DNA of 33,488 bases from Candidatus Micrarchaeota archaeon (lineage in GTDB: Archaea > Micrarchaeota > Micrarchaeia > Micrarchaeales > CABMGC01). The stretch lies in NCBI GenBank assembly GCA_030040595.1, contig JASHTL010000098.1:1-33488 (forward strand), read 5' to 3'. The notes beneath the pieces were generated by a model that was not told the DNA's origin, did no database searches, and saw only the letters and a list, made by a program, of their open reading frames with translations. Shown here piece after piece: positions 33,366-33,488 of this stretch. Each line of letters opens with the position of its first letter. The stretch's first letter is position 1. The position numbers were made by a program, and so were the translations under genes.

Positions 33366-33488
33366 TCAGCTGTCCTGGCCTTGTTCTATGGTCCTGCTAA
33401 TGTGGCGCATTACTCTCTTATAGTGTCTCTTCTCCCTAAGGCCGATATCCCTGAATGCGCGAAGTATCTCAAGTATGTCACCGTCAGT
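33366..33488 (-). CDS. 3' end of an unidentified gene that continues beyond the window
   Basis: The minus-strand frame is open from the window edge to a TGA at 33366-33368 and reads ...DGDILEILRAFRDIGLREKRHYKRVMRHISRTIEQGQDS. Codon usage is typical. The fragment is too short to assign. Confidence 0.4.
   Translation of the reverse strand, partial: TDGDILEILRAFRDIGLREKRHYKRVMRHISRTIEQGQDS

Noticed and set aside
1-33488. Search for CRISPR arrays, transposases/integrases, long direct repeats, rRNA or tRNA genes, and classic defence genes (restriction enzymes, DNA methylases, Cas, toxin-antitoxin pairs)
   Set aside because: I saw no spaced direct repeats, terminal inverted repeats, recombinase motifs or DNA-methyltransferase motifs by eye. 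A computational repeat, tRNAscan or Rfam scan would be needed to exclude small elements definitively.

Overview
Gene-dense archaeal chromosomal segment of 33.5 kb with about 36 protein genes on both strands and several 3'-end overlaps. I found no rRNA or tRNA gene, CRISPR array, transposase or integrase. Archaeal origin is supported by SecE/Sec61-gamma, proteasome beta, aCPSF1 (KH + beta-CASP), eukaryote-type ribosomal protein S26e, two FtsZ paralogues, BRE/TATA-like promoter boxes and many apparently leaderless starts. Codon usage favours ATA (Ile), AGG/AGA (Arg), AAG and GAG. A small-genome uncultivated lineage (DPANN/Micrarchaeota-like) is only a guess. Most of the window is core housekeeping: IleRS, TyrRS, FtsZ-SecE, membrane H+-pyrophosphatase, CTP synthase, proteasome beta, aCPSF1, S26e, glutamate dehydrogenase, PolX and a second FtsZ. 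Accessory-looking parts are: (i) a left-end block (1-3.6 kb) of genes with no recognisable family around a TehB-like methyltransferase; (ii) a divergent CDP-alcohol phosphatidyltransferase translationally coupled to a DUF192 gene; (iii) an HxlR-type regulator with a cysteine-rich tail directly upstream of an atypical ZIP metal transporter, with a perfect 9-3-9 palindrome in its promoter; (iv) a stand-alone NFACT-R (DUF814) protein; (v) a lower-GC block with a PNPOx-like flavoprotein and a bacterial-type PH domain protein; (vi) a four-gene minus-strand glycosylation operon (GT2, large GT-C-like membrane protein with a sequon-rich tail, flippase, GT2); (vii) a 270 bp intergenic region with two strong promoter-like boxes upstream of a TRAM gene; (viii) a TraB/Tiki-like protein. 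I did not find an unambiguous new multi-gene system. The best candidates are listed as findings, and every family assignment comes from motif reading by eye, not from searches.
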